DNA of 64,000 nucleotides, taken from NCBI GenBank assembly GCA_902606835.1, contig CACLHW010000004.1, positions 12,676 through 76,675 on the forward strand, given 5' to 3'. The notes below the pieces were generated by a model. The model did no database searches and was not told the DNA's origin. It saw nothing but the letters and a program-made list of their open reading frames with translations. Position numbers and translations under genes: made by a program. This document shows, piece by piece, positions 55,898-64,000 of the stretch (positions are counted from its first letter, which is position 1; the number at the start of each line of letters is the position of its first letter). Source of the stretch: an uncultured Pelagibacteraceae bacterium (GTDB taxonomy: Bacteria > Pseudomonadota > Alphaproteobacteria > Pelagibacterales > Pelagibacteraceae).

Positions 55898-58076
55898 AAT
55901 AATTTTTAAACCAAATCGAATTAAATTTACTTAATTCTGAAATATTAATTTTAAATTCTTTTTCTAAATCTAAGTAATCCTTTTGTGTTTTTCCTATTAC
56001 TTCGTAGTATACACTATTTTTTTCTAAAATTTTAATAGCTTCTTTTTTATTTTTTTCACTAATTTCAACTATATATCTACTTTGATCTTCACCAAATAAA
56101 TATTCATGTTTACCAATAATGTTGTTAGGAATTCTAATTTTTGCACCAATTTTACCAGATATGCACATTTCAGATAAAGCTATAAGCATACCACCAGAAG
56201 ATATGTCATGAACTGAGCTCACAAGTTTTTTTGAAATAAGGTCAAGAATCAATAGACCATTATTTTTTTCGTTAAATAAATTTACTTTAGGAGGTGGGCC
56301 GTTGTTAAAATTCATAATTTCTCTAAAAAATTCACTTTGATAAAGGTGACCCAATGTTTTGCCTATAACAAATATATGATTTTCAGGTTCTTTAAAATTT
56401 TTTGTCATCATATTATTTAAATTTTTAATTAACCCAACCCCACCAATAGTTGGTGTGGGTGGTATAGAATTATTTTTTGTTTCGTTATAAAAAGAAACGT
56501 TTCCTGAGACCACAGGAAAATCTAGGTATGTGCAGGCCTGAGAAATTCCATCTATAGTTTCAACAAACTGTCCCATTATTTTATCTTTTTCAGGGTTTCC
56601 AAAATTTAAACAGTTTGTGATAGCTAATGGTTTTGACCCTACAGATATAAGATTTCTCCAAGTTTCACAAACTACCTGTTTTGCCCCCGTTACAGGATCA
56701 GCAAGACAATAGTTAGCAGAGGAGTCTACTGTTAAAGCTATACCTTTATTTTTTCCGTGAATTCTAATTACCCCAGAATCGCCCCCTGGTTTTTGAACAG
56801 TATCACCCATTACAGTATGATCATATTGTTCCCAGACCCAACTTTTCTCAGAATTATTAGGACTCTTTAGTATTTTTTCCAAACAAGTTGATATTTTTAA
56901 AGATTTAAAATTTTTTGGATTTTCAGTTTTTTTTGAATTTGTGCTTTTAATCCATTTTCTATCGTATTCGGGAGCATCTTTTGATAGTGAACTTAATGGT
57001 AAATTTGCAACTTCATTTCCATTATAATTTAAAATTAAATTTTTAGAATTAGTAGTTTTTCCAATTATGGAAAAATCTAATCCCCATTTAGAAAAAATTT
57101 TTTTTGCTTGATTTTCCTTTCCTGAATTTAATATAAGTAACATTCTTTCTTGACTTTCAGACAACATTATCTCATATGGAGTCATATTTTCTTCTCTACA
57201 AGGAACTTTTTCTAATTCTAATTCAATTCCTAAATTTCCTTTTGACGCCATTTCAACGCTAGACGAAGTGAGTCCAGCTGCACCCATATCCTGTATTGAA
57301 ATAATGGAATTATCTTTCATAAGTTCTAGACAAGCTTCTAAAAGAAGTTTTTCTGTGAAAGGGTCACCAACTTGAACAGTTGGTTTTTTTTGTTCAGAAT
57401 TATTATCAAATTTATTGGAAGCCATACTTGCCCCATGTATTCCATCTCGTCCAGTTTTTGACCCAACATAGATCACTGGTTGGTTAATACCTTTTGCTTT
57501 TGAATAAAATATTTTATTTTTTTTAACAAGACCAACGGCCATAGCATTAACAAGAATATTTTCATTATAAGAAGAGTTAAATTTAACTTCACCTCCAATA
57601 GTTGGTATACCCATGCAATTGCCATAACCACCTATTCCTAATACAACGCCATTTAAAAGATTTTTTGTTTTCGAATGTAAATGACTTCCAAAATGTATAG
57701 AATTTAAAGTAGCTATAGGTCTTGCTCCCATAGTAAAAACATCTCTCAATATACCTCCAACACCAGTTGCTGCACCTTGATATGGTTCAATAAAAGATGG
57801 ATGATTATGGCTTTCAATTTTAAAAACTATAGCATCATTGTCTTCAATATCTACAATACCAGCATTTTCACCAGGACCTTGAATAACTTTATCATTTTTG
57901 ATTGGAAGAGTTTTTAAATATTTTTTTGAAGATTTATAAGAGCAGTGCTCATTCCACATAGCAGAAAATATACCTAACTCTAATAAATTTGGATTTTTTC
58001 CAATTAGCTTAATTATTTTTTTGTATTCATCTGGCTTAATTCCATGTTTATCAATTATTTCTGGTGTAATTTTCAT
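55875..58076 (-). CDS. purL: Phosphoribosylformylglycinamidine synthase subunit PurL
   Basis: 733 aa with [13 protein letters not shown] and ESHNHPS motifs. It follows purS-purQ. Confidence 0.95.
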   Translation of the reverse strand: MKITPEIIDKHGIKPDEYKKIIKLIGKNPNLLELGIFSAMWNEHCSYKSSKKYLKTLPIKNDKVIQGPGENAGIVDIEDNDAIVFKIESHNHPSFIEPYQGAATGVGGILRDVFTMGARPIATLNSIHFGSHLHSKTKNLLNGVVLGIGGYGNCMGIPTIGGEVKFNSSYNENILVNAMAVGLVKKNKIFYSKAKGINQPVIYVGSKTGRDGIHGASMASNKFDNNSEQKKPTVQVGDPFTEKLLLEACLELMKDNSIISIQDMGAAGLTSSSVEMASKGNLGIELELEKVPCREENMTPYEIMLSESQERMLLILNSGKENQAKKIFSKWGLDFSIIGKTTNSKNLILNYNGNEVANLPLSSLSKDAPEYDRKWIKSTNSKKTENPKNFKSLKISTCLEKILKSPNNSEKSWVWEQYDHTVMGDTVQKPGGDSGVIRIHGKNKGIALTVDSSANYCLADPVTGAKQVVCETWRNLISVGSKPLAITNCLNFGNPEKDKIMGQFVETIDGISQACTYLDFPVVSGNVSFYNETKNNSIPPTPTIGGVGLIKNLNNMMTKNFKEPENHIFVIGKTLGHLYQSEFFREIMNFNNGPPPKVNLFNEKNNGLLILDLISKKLVSSVHDISSGGMLIALSEMCISGKIGAKIRIPNNIIGKHEYLFGEDQSRYIVEISEKNKKEAIKILEKNSVYYEVIGKTQKDYLDLEKEFKINISELSKFNSIWFKNYFEENYGS

Positions 58077-58084
58077 TTTATATT

Positions 58085-58765
58085 TTATGATTTGATTAAA
58101 CTTGTGAATAATATAGAGCCATCTTCACCAGATAGTAATGGGTCAATTAATCTTTCAGGATGAGGCATCATTCCTAAAATATTTTTTTTTTCACTAATAA
58201 CCCCAGCTATATTGTTGGAAGATCCATTTGGATTTGAGTTTTCTTCTATTTCTCCATTTTTATTACAATATTTAAAAGCTATTAGGTTATTATCTTCTAA
58301 CATTTTTAATAATTCTTTTTTTGCAAAAAAATTTCCTTCATTATGTGCTATTGGCAATTGAATAATGTCTTTATTTTTGTAGTTCAAACAAAATTGGTTG
58401 TCAGTATTAACAACTTTAAGAAAAACATTTTTGGATAGAAATCTCAAACCTATATTTCTTAATAAAATACCAGGTAATAGGCCTGCTTCGATCAATATTT
58501 GAAAACCATTACAGATTCCTAAAATTAAACCCCCTTTTTTAGCATGCCTTATAACATCATCTATAATTTTTGATTTACTCGCTATACAACCGGTTCTTAA
58601 ATAATCACCATAAGAAAATCCTCCAGGCAAGACTACCAAGTCAGTTTTTGGCAAATTGGTATCGTTATGCCAAACCATTTGATTTTTAATATGAAATTTT
58701 TCTAAGGCTACCGCAACATCTCTATCACAGTTTGATCCAGGAAAAACAATTACAGATGACCTCAT
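58085..58765 (-). CDS. purQ: Phosphoribosylformylglycinamidine synthase glutaminase subunit PurQ
   Basis: 226 aa with the [10 protein letters not shown] start, catalytic GICNGFQIL and MPHPER. Confidence 0.9.
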   Translation of the reverse strand: MRSSVIVFPGSNCDRDVAVALEKFHIKNQMVWHNDTNLPKTDLVVLPGGFSYGDYLRTGCIASKSKIIDDVIRHAKKGGLILGICNGFQILIEAGLLPGILLRNIGLRFLSKNVFLKVVNTDNQFCLNYKNKDIIQLPIAHNEGNFFAKKELLKMLEDNNLIAFKYCNKNGEIEENSNPNGSSNNIAGVISEKKNILGMMPHPERLIDPLLSGEDGSILFTSLIKS

Positions 58766-59004
58766 TATTTGTAATTAATTATATAGTCCTCAATAACAAC
58801 ATTTGATAAAAGTTTTTTACAAATATCTTCTATAATTTCTTTTGCTTTTTCTTTATTAGCCTCATCAATTTCAATTTCAAAATACTTTCCCTGTCTAACA
58901 TCTGTAACATTTTTAAAACCCATGTTTTTAATCGTCTGATTTACAGCTTTTCCTTGTGGGTCAAGCACATCTTTTTTCAAAGTGACTGTTGCCGATATTT
59001 TCAA
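58765..59004 (-). CDS. purS: Phosphoribosylformylglycinamidine synthase subunit PurS
   Basis: 79 aa with VTLKKDVLDPQGKAV typical of PurS. It has a 1-nt overlap with purQ. Confidence 0.85.
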   Translation of the reverse strand: MKISATVTLKKDVLDPQGKAVNQTIKNMGFKNVTDVRQGKYFEIEIDEANKEKAKEIIEDICKKLLSNVVIEDYIINYK

Positions 59005-59005
59005 T

Positions 59006-59794
59006 TTATTTTTTCTTTATGTTAACTGCTTTAGGTTTACCAAATTTGACAGTACTTATATTACTTTCTTCATGAATTATACCAAGTCTTCTAGCAACCT
59101 CTTGGTATGCTTGAATTATGTTACCTAGATCTTTTCTAAATCTATCTTTATCTAATTTTTTTTCACTAACCACATCCCACAATCTACAAGTGTCAGGACT
59201 AATTTCATCAGCTAATATTATTTGTTCTTTTCCATCAATAGTAGTTATTCCAAATTCAAGTTTAAAATCTACAAGTTTAATTCCAACTCCTCTAAACATA
59301 CCTTGCATAAAGTCATTTATTCTTAAGCAGGTGTCGTTTATAAAATTTAGTGATTTTATATTTTTTACCCATTTGAATTCTAATATATGTTCTCTAGCAA
59401 TAAGAGGATCTCCCAATTCATCATTTTTATAACTATATTCAATCAAAGGTTTTGACAAAACTGTGCCATCAGCAATCCCAAGTCTTTTTGTTAAAGATCC
59501 TGTAGCAATATTTCTTACAATAAATTCAACAGGAATAATATTGACCAAATAAATTAATTGTTCGCGCATATTTAATCTTCTTATTAAATGAGTTTTTATT
59601 CCTATTTGATTTAAATTATTTAAAATATGTTCAGAGATTCTATTATTTAAAACCCCTTTACCCTCAACAGTGGATTTTTTTTGATTATTAAAAGCAGTAG
59701 CGTCGTCTTTAAAATGTTGTATAGCTGTACCTTTTTCCGGACCCTCGTAAACTATTTTTGCTTTTCCTTCGTAAAGTTTCTTTCCTTTATTCAT
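59006..59794 (-). CDS. purC: Phosphoribosylaminoimidazole-succinocarboxamide synthase
   Basis: 262 aa with [21 protein letters not shown] and [14 protein letters not shown]. Confidence 0.9.
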   Translation of the reverse strand: MNKGKKLYEGKAKIVYEGPEKGTAIQHFKDDATAFNNQKKSTVEGKGVLNNRISEHILNNLNQIGIKTHLIRRLNMREQLIYLVNIIPVEFIVRNIATGSLTKRLGIADGTVLSKPLIEYSYKNDELGDPLIAREHILEFKWVKNIKSLNFINDTCLRINDFMQGMFRGVGIKLVDFKLEFGITTIDGKEQIILADEISPDTCRLWDVVSEKKLDKDRFRKDLGNIIQAYQEVARRLGIIHEESNISTVKFGKPKAVNIKKK

Positions 59795-59795
59795 T

Positions 59796-61088
59796 CTATT
59801 TAAATATTCTTTTATATATGACGTTTATTTTTTTGGTATGGTAATTAAGATCAAACATTTTTATTAATTCTTTATTAGAAATTTTTTTATTAATCAACGA
59901 GTCTTTTGCTAAAGTATCGTACAAAGATGTATTTTTTGTCCAAGCATTTTGAGCACTTTTTTGAACCAGTGCATAAGCTTTTTCCCTTGAAAGTCCGTGT
60001 TTTGTCAATTCTATCATTACTCTTTGCGAAAAAATTAATCCATTAGTAATATTAAGATTCTTTAACATTTTTTTTGGATAAACATTCATATTTTTTAAAA
60101 TATTTTTTAGCCTATTAAGAGCAAAATCTAACGTAATAGTAGAATCGGGACCAATATTTCGCTCAACGCTAGAATGAGAAATATCTCTTTCGTGCCATAA
60201 AGAAATATTTTCAAGAGCAGGTATAACATAGCTTCGAACCATTCTTGATAGACCTGTTAAGTTTTCACTTAATATTGGGTTTCTTTTGTGAGGCATAGCC
60301 GAAGATCCCTTTTGTTTTTTATCAAAAAATTCTTCAACTTCTTGTAATTCAGTTTTTTGTAGATTTCTTATTTCAATTGCAACCCTTTCAACCGACCCAG
60401 CAATTATAGCTAAGACAGAAAAATAATAAGCATGTCTATCCCTAGGTATAATTTGAGTAGATATTGGTTCAATTTTTAAATTAAGTTTTTTTGCTACATA
60501 TTCTTCAATTTTTGGATCAACATTAGCAAAGGTGCCAACAGCACCTGAAATTGCACATGTAGATACTTCATTAATTGCATTTTCTAGTCTTTTTTTATTT
60601 CTTTTAAACTCTTCATAAAAACTAGCTAATTTTAAACCAAATGTTGTTGGTTCAGCATGGATACCATGGCTTCTACCTATGCAAATTGTATTTTTATACT
60701 TTAGAGATTTGTTTTTTAATACTTTTAATATTTCATTAATATCTTCAATAAGTATTTTTCCAGATTTGATTAATTGAATATTAAAACTTGTGTCTATAAC
60801 ATCTGAAGAAGTCATACCTTTGTGCAAATATTTACCTACTGGACCAACTTTTTCAGTAATAGAAGTTAAAAAGGCAATCACATCATGGTGAACTTTATTT
60901 TCAATCTTATGAATTCTATCAATATTTATTTTAGCTTTTTTTTTAACTTTAGAAGCAACTCCACGCGGTATAAGTCCAAGTTTTTCCATAGCTTGGGCAG
61001 CAGCTATTTCAATATCTAGCCAAATTTTATACTTATTTTCTTCATCCCAGATTTCTTTTATTTCTTTTCTTGAGTATCTTTCAATCAT
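59796..61088 (-). CDS. purB: Adenylosuccinate lyase
   Basis: 430 aa with the [10 protein letters not shown] start and the fumarate-lyase signature [11 protein letters not shown]. Confidence 0.9.
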   Translation of the reverse strand: MIERYSRKEIKEIWDEENKYKIWLDIEIAAAQAMEKLGLIPRGVASKVKKKAKINIDRIHKIENKVHHDVIAFLTSITEKVGPVGKYLHKGMTSSDVIDTSFNIQLIKSGKILIEDINEILKVLKNKSLKYKNTICIGRSHGIHAEPTTFGLKLASFYEEFKRNKKRLENAINEVSTCAISGAVGTFANVDPKIEEYVAKKLNLKIEPISTQIIPRDRHAYYFSVLAIIAGSVERVAIEIRNLQKTELQEVEEFFDKKQKGSSAMPHKRNPILSENLTGLSRMVRSYVIPALENISLWHERDISHSSVERNIGPDSTITLDFALNRLKNILKNMNVYPKKMLKNLNITNGLIFSQRVMIELTKHGLSREKAYALVQKSAQNAWTKNTSLYDTLAKDSLINKKISNKELIKMFDLNYHTKKINVIYKRIFK

Positions 61089-61861
61089 AATTGATAAGGC
61101 GGCTGTTCATAATTTTTTTTTGACTTTGTAAATATTTCAAATCCAGTGTCTGTTACACCAATAGTATGTTCGAATTGTGCCGATAAAGATTTATCTTTTG
61201 TTACAGCTGTCCATCCATCTTTAAGTAATTTGGTATTATAAACACCTTCATTTATCATAGGTTCAATTGTAAAAATCATTCCAGTTTTTAATTTTATTCC
61301 TTCGCCTTTATTTCCATAATGTAGAACATTTGGTGGTTCATGAAATATTTTTCCTATGCCGTGCCCACAGAAATCTCGAACTACAGAAAAACCTTTTTCT
61401 TCAACATAAGATTGAATAGCATTACCTATATCACCTAAGTGTGTACCATCTTTGACTATTGAAATAGCTTTGATCATAGAATTGTAGGCTGTAGAAATTA
61501 AATTTTTACTTTTTACCGAAACATCACCCACAAAAAACATTCTGCTTGTATCGCCATGCCATCCATTAACGATTGATGTAACATCAATATTAATTATATC
61601 ACCATCTTTTAAATATTTTTCGGTGGGAATACCATGACAAACTACATGGTTTACAGAAGTGCAGCAAGATTTGGGAAAACCTCTATAGTAAAGTGGAGCA
61701 GAGTACCCTCCATTGTCTCTTATAAACTCATAGCAAATTTTATCTATTTTTCCAGTTGTGACACCTGGTTTAACATAGGAAGTAATTTCATCTAAAGCGT
61801 CAGCAGCTAAACTGCCTGCAATTTTAGTTTTTTCAAAAGATTCTTTATAACTATTTTTCAT
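61085..61861 (-). CDS. map: Type I methionine aminopeptidase
   Basis: 258 aa with the metal-ligand contexts VCHGIP, DVTSIVNGWHGDTS, FCGHGIG and FTIEPM. Confidence 0.9.
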   Translation of the reverse strand: MKNSYKESFEKTKIAGSLAADALDEITSYVKPGVTTGKIDKICYEFIRDNGGYSAPLYYRGFPKSCCTSVNHVVCHGIPTEKYLKDGDIINIDVTSIVNGWHGDTSRMFFVGDVSVKSKNLISTAYNSMIKAISIVKDGTHLGDIGNAIQSYVEEKGFSVVRDFCGHGIGKIFHEPPNVLHYGNKGEGIKLKTGMIFTIEPMINEGVYNTKLLKDGWTAVTKDKSLSAQFEHTIGVTDTGFEIFTKSKKNYEQPPYQL

Positions 61862-62546
61862 AATTAATTTGTTTATTAAGTTTTATCTCTTCATTGTTCA
61901 ATTGACAATCATAACAAAGAATTTTTACATCATTTTTTAAGGCATCGTTAAAAGCATTTTTATACTCTTCATCTATATCTTTAGCAATTTTAAAAGTTTC
62001 ACAATCTTCTCTTTGAATTAAGTATAATATATAACTTTCAAATCCTGCATTTTTAGCTTTAATCAACTCACGTAAATGTTTTGTGCCACGAGAAGTTATT
62101 GCATCAGGAAACTCTGCAACTTTTTTATTTCTCATTAAAGTTACATTTTTTACTTCGAGAAAGCATTTTTCTTTGTTATTTGAAATATAAAAATCAAATC
62201 TAGTATTATTTGAAAATTTAGTTTCGGGTTTTATTTTATTATATTTAATTAAATTTTTGATTTTTTTGTTATTTAAAGCTTCTAAAACAATTTTATTAGC
62301 AAGATGTGTATTTACTCCTACAGGTTTTTTATCAACGTAAATTATTTCTAATGTATATTTTAATTTTCTTTTTGGATTATCAGATTGCGAAAAGCAAACA
62401 TCATTACCTTTATCTATTAGTCCTGACATTGATCCGGAATTGGGGCAATGAGCTGTAATAGTTTTGTTTTTATATTTTATATCAGCAAAAAATCTTTTAT
62501 ATCTTTTAATCAAGGTTCCTTGTAATAATTTCTCTTTAAACTTCAT
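61851..62546 (-). CDS. sfsA: SfsA-family (sugar fermentation stimulation) nuclease-fold protein
   Basis: 231 aa with the LIKRYKRFFADI N-terminus and EVKNVTL...FPDAITSRGTKHLREL. Confidence 0.8.
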   Translation of the reverse strand: MKFKEKLLQGTLIKRYKRFFADIKYKNKTITAHCPNSGSMSGLIDKGNDVCFSQSDNPKRKLKYTLEIIYVDKKPVGVNTHLANKIVLEALNNKKIKNLIKYNKIKPETKFSNNTRFDFYISNNKEKCFLEVKNVTLMRNKKVAEFPDAITSRGTKHLRELIKAKNAGFESYILYLIQREDCETFKIAKDIDEEYKNAFNDALKNDVKILCYDCQLNNEEIKLNKQINYEK

Positions 62547-62568
62547 TTTATATAAATATTATTAGAAT

Positions 62569-63330
62569 ATGAAAAAAGCTAACAAAAAAATGAGTGCCGC
62601 AATTATCATTATTGGCAATGAAATTTTATCAGGTAGAACTCAAGATACAAATGTAGTGTTAATAACTAAATGGTTAAATAGACTAGGTGTAAAACTTAAA
62701 GAAGTAAGAATAATACCTGATATAGAAAAATCGATAGTGCGAACAGTAAACAGGTTGAGAAAAAAATTTAACTATGTTTTTACTACTGGAGGAATAGGAC
62801 CTACACATGATGATATTACATCAAGATCAATAGCTAAAGCTTTTAGACAATCATACGGATATCATAAAGAAGCTTATAAGATTTTAGAAAATTATTATGG
62901 AAAAGATAATTTTAATCAGGGAAGAAAAAAGATGGCCAAAATTCCTAAAAAAGCTAAATTGATTTTTAATCCCTCAAGTGCTGCACCAGGGTTTATTGTT
63001 AATAATGTTTTTTGCCTACCCGGAGTTCCTTCAATACTTGAATCAATGTTAATAGGTTTAGAAGGCAAAATTGTTAAAGGAAAAAAAATTATAAGCAAAT
63101 CTATTAATATAAGAACAGTAGAAAGTGAAATTGCTCGTGAACTGGAGTTAGTTCAAAATAATTATAAAAAAGATGTAGAAATTGGTAGTTATCCTTTTTT
63201 TAAACAAGGAAAAATAGGGGTTTCTATTGTAATAAGATCAATTAAAAAAAATAAAATTGACGATTGTTTTAAAAAAATTGTAAGTTTTTTAAAAAAGAAA
63301 AAAATTAAAATTATTTATAAAAAGGAATAA
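62569..63330 (+). CDS. CinA-N-terminal-like molybdopterin-binding (MoCF_BD) domain protein
   Basis: 253 aa with AAIIIIGNEILSGRTQDTN and TTGGIGPTHDDIT. Confidence 0.7.
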   Translation: MKKANKKMSAAIIIIGNEILSGRTQDTNVVLITKWLNRLGVKLKEVRIIPDIEKSIVRTVNRLRKKFNYVFTTGGIGPTHDDITSRSIAKAFRQSYGYHKEAYKILENYYGKDNFNQGRKKMAKIPKKAKLIFNPSSAAPGFIVNNVFCLPGVPSILESMLIGLEGKIVKGKKIISKSINIRTVESEIARELELVQNNYKKDVEIGSYPFFKQGKIGVSIVIRSIKKNKIDDCFKKIVSFLKKKKIKIIYKKE

Positions 63331-63331
63331 C

Positions 63332-63754
63332 ATGCAGTATTATTTTGCTTATGGCAGCAACCTTCATCACGCACAAATGAAAAAAAGATGTCCAAAATGT
63401 CGTTATATTAAAAAACACATTCTTAATAATTACCAATTAACTTTTAGAAGCAAATATGGAGCCTGTGATATAGAAAAAAAAATGGGCAAGAAAGTTTATG
63501 GTGCATTGTATTTAATTTCTAAGTGTGCAGAAAAAAGACTGGATGTTTATGAGGAATTTCCGACATTATACAAGAAAATTTATTTTAAGTATAAAAATAA
63601 TAAAGTAATGACATACACTATGGTAAGAAAAACGAAATTAGTTCCCCCAACCCAAAGATACTTGAATATTGTAAAACAAGGTTATAAAGACTGCAAACTT
63701 AATATTAAAAGTTTACAAACTGCTTTGCTGCCTGTAGCACATCTTCAACGGTAA
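63332..63754 (+). CDS. Gamma-glutamylcyclotransferase/AIG2-like family protein
   Basis: 140 aa with the YFAYGSNL N-terminal motif and a ...LDVYEEFP... segment. Confidence 0.6.
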   Translation: MQYYFAYGSNLHHAQMKKRCPKCRYIKKHILNNYQLTFRSKYGACDIEKKMGKKVYGALYLISKCAEKRLDVYEEFPTLYKKIYFKYKNNKVMTYTMVRKTKLVPPTQRYLNIVKQGYKDCKLNIKSLQTALLPVAHLQR

Positions 63755-64000
63755 TATCAGAAACATTTTTTGAATTATAAATTCTTTTGCTATCTAAAAT
63801 TTTAGAATTTTTATATTTAGGAGCAAACTTTTCAGCATTAGTTGGACCAAATAAAGATATAATTGGAACTTCGCTTAGTGAAAGCATATGCATAATTCCA
63901 TTATCTATAGTTATTGCTAGATCCAATCTTTTTCCAAGACATGTAACTAAGGCTGGTGAATTTAGAGTTGTTTCATGCTCTGGAAATAACGCAGATGGAA
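63705..64000 (-). CDS. Family 9 glycosyltransferase (heptosyltransferase-like), 3' part; gene continues beyond the right edge
   Basis: The reading frame is open from 64000 down to the stop at 63705 (checked by hand: ...SALFPEHETTLNSPALVTCLGKRLDLAITIDNGIMHMLS...LFGPTN). DNGxMH plus LFGPT is the GT9 C-terminal signature. Confidence 0.6.
   Translation of the reverse strand, partial: PSALFPEHETTLNSPALVTCLGKRLDLAITIDNGIMHMLSLSEVPIISLFGPTNAEKFAPKYKNSKILDSKRIYNSKNVSDITVEDVLQAAKQFVNF

Noticed and set aside
1159-63098. The remaining short track ORFs nested in or antisense to called genes: 1159-1347, 3289-3474, 3644-3925, 3663-3881, 7910-8116, 11858-12088, 19771-19953, 21975-22175, 29290-29520, 31792-31998, 32992-33216, 34169-34372, 36730-36933, 37448-37720, 37871-38149, 40667-40930, 41161-41358, 42928-43234, 48398-48583, 48938-49237, 49943-50167, 50803-51107, 51604-51795, 59118-59432 and 62916-63098
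   Set aside because: Each overlaps a longer ORF that has clear family motifs, and none shows a recognisable domain. Such open alternative frames are expected in stop-poor stretches of long genes.
1-64000. CRISPR arrays, IS elements, integrases, prophage genes, rRNA genes and long direct or tandem repeats
   Set aside because: I scanned by eye and found none. No transposase- or integrase-like translations appear in the ORF track, and I saw no regularly spaced repeats. A computational repeat search would be needed to exclude short dispersed repeats.

Overview
This is a very AT-rich, extremely gene-dense bacterial chromosomal segment. I call about 75 protein genes and one tRNA. Most intergenic spacers are under 100 bp, and there are many 4-nt ATGA start/stop overlaps and several convergent 3' overlaps. 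The composition, gene density and protein sequences look like a streamlined marine alphaproteobacterium of the SAR11/Pelagibacterales type. That assignment is an inference by eye, not a database hit.

Content from left to right:
- An omega-aminotransferase plus alanine dehydrogenase, with a minimal SET-domain gene translationally coupled to ald.
- A form-II aerobic CODH-like molybdoenzyme cluster (coxG-coxS-coxL-coxM, split xdhC, mocA), with moaB nearby.
- A cell-surface glycan island around a tRNA-Met(CAU): two inverted DUF4422 paralogs, GT61, a B12-binding radical SAM gene, rfbBADC and GT2.
- A polyamine / methylthioadenosine module: apt, mtnP, mtnA, an SMR-like protein, a fused class II aldolase-SDR, and a fused speD-speE.
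- A polar amino-acid/opine-type ABC importer with no ATPase gene.
- LPS-core-type glycosyltransferases.
- Housekeeping genes: rpoZ, dusA, nrdAB, prpBC, glmS, a DAHP synthase, nadE, cysS, cimA, rpsD, grxD-bolA, purLQS-purC-purB, map and sfsA.

I saw no transposases, integrases, CRISPR arrays, rRNA genes or prophage genes.

The most noteworthy observations are:
1. An in-frame TAA in nrdB sits exactly where a conserved Glu codon is expected, and the essential C-terminal tail is encoded intact behind it.
2. The mtnP-mtnA genes lie next to a fused aldolase/SDR, which suggests a DHAP-shunt-like MTA/5'-deoxyadenosine salvage route.
3. An SMR homolog has no acidic residue at all.
4. AdoMet decarboxylase is fused to spermidine synthase.
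5. A GlmU acetyltransferase domain stands alone, without its uridyltransferase half.

All calls rest on reading the supplied translations and the DNA by eye. No searches or computations were run.
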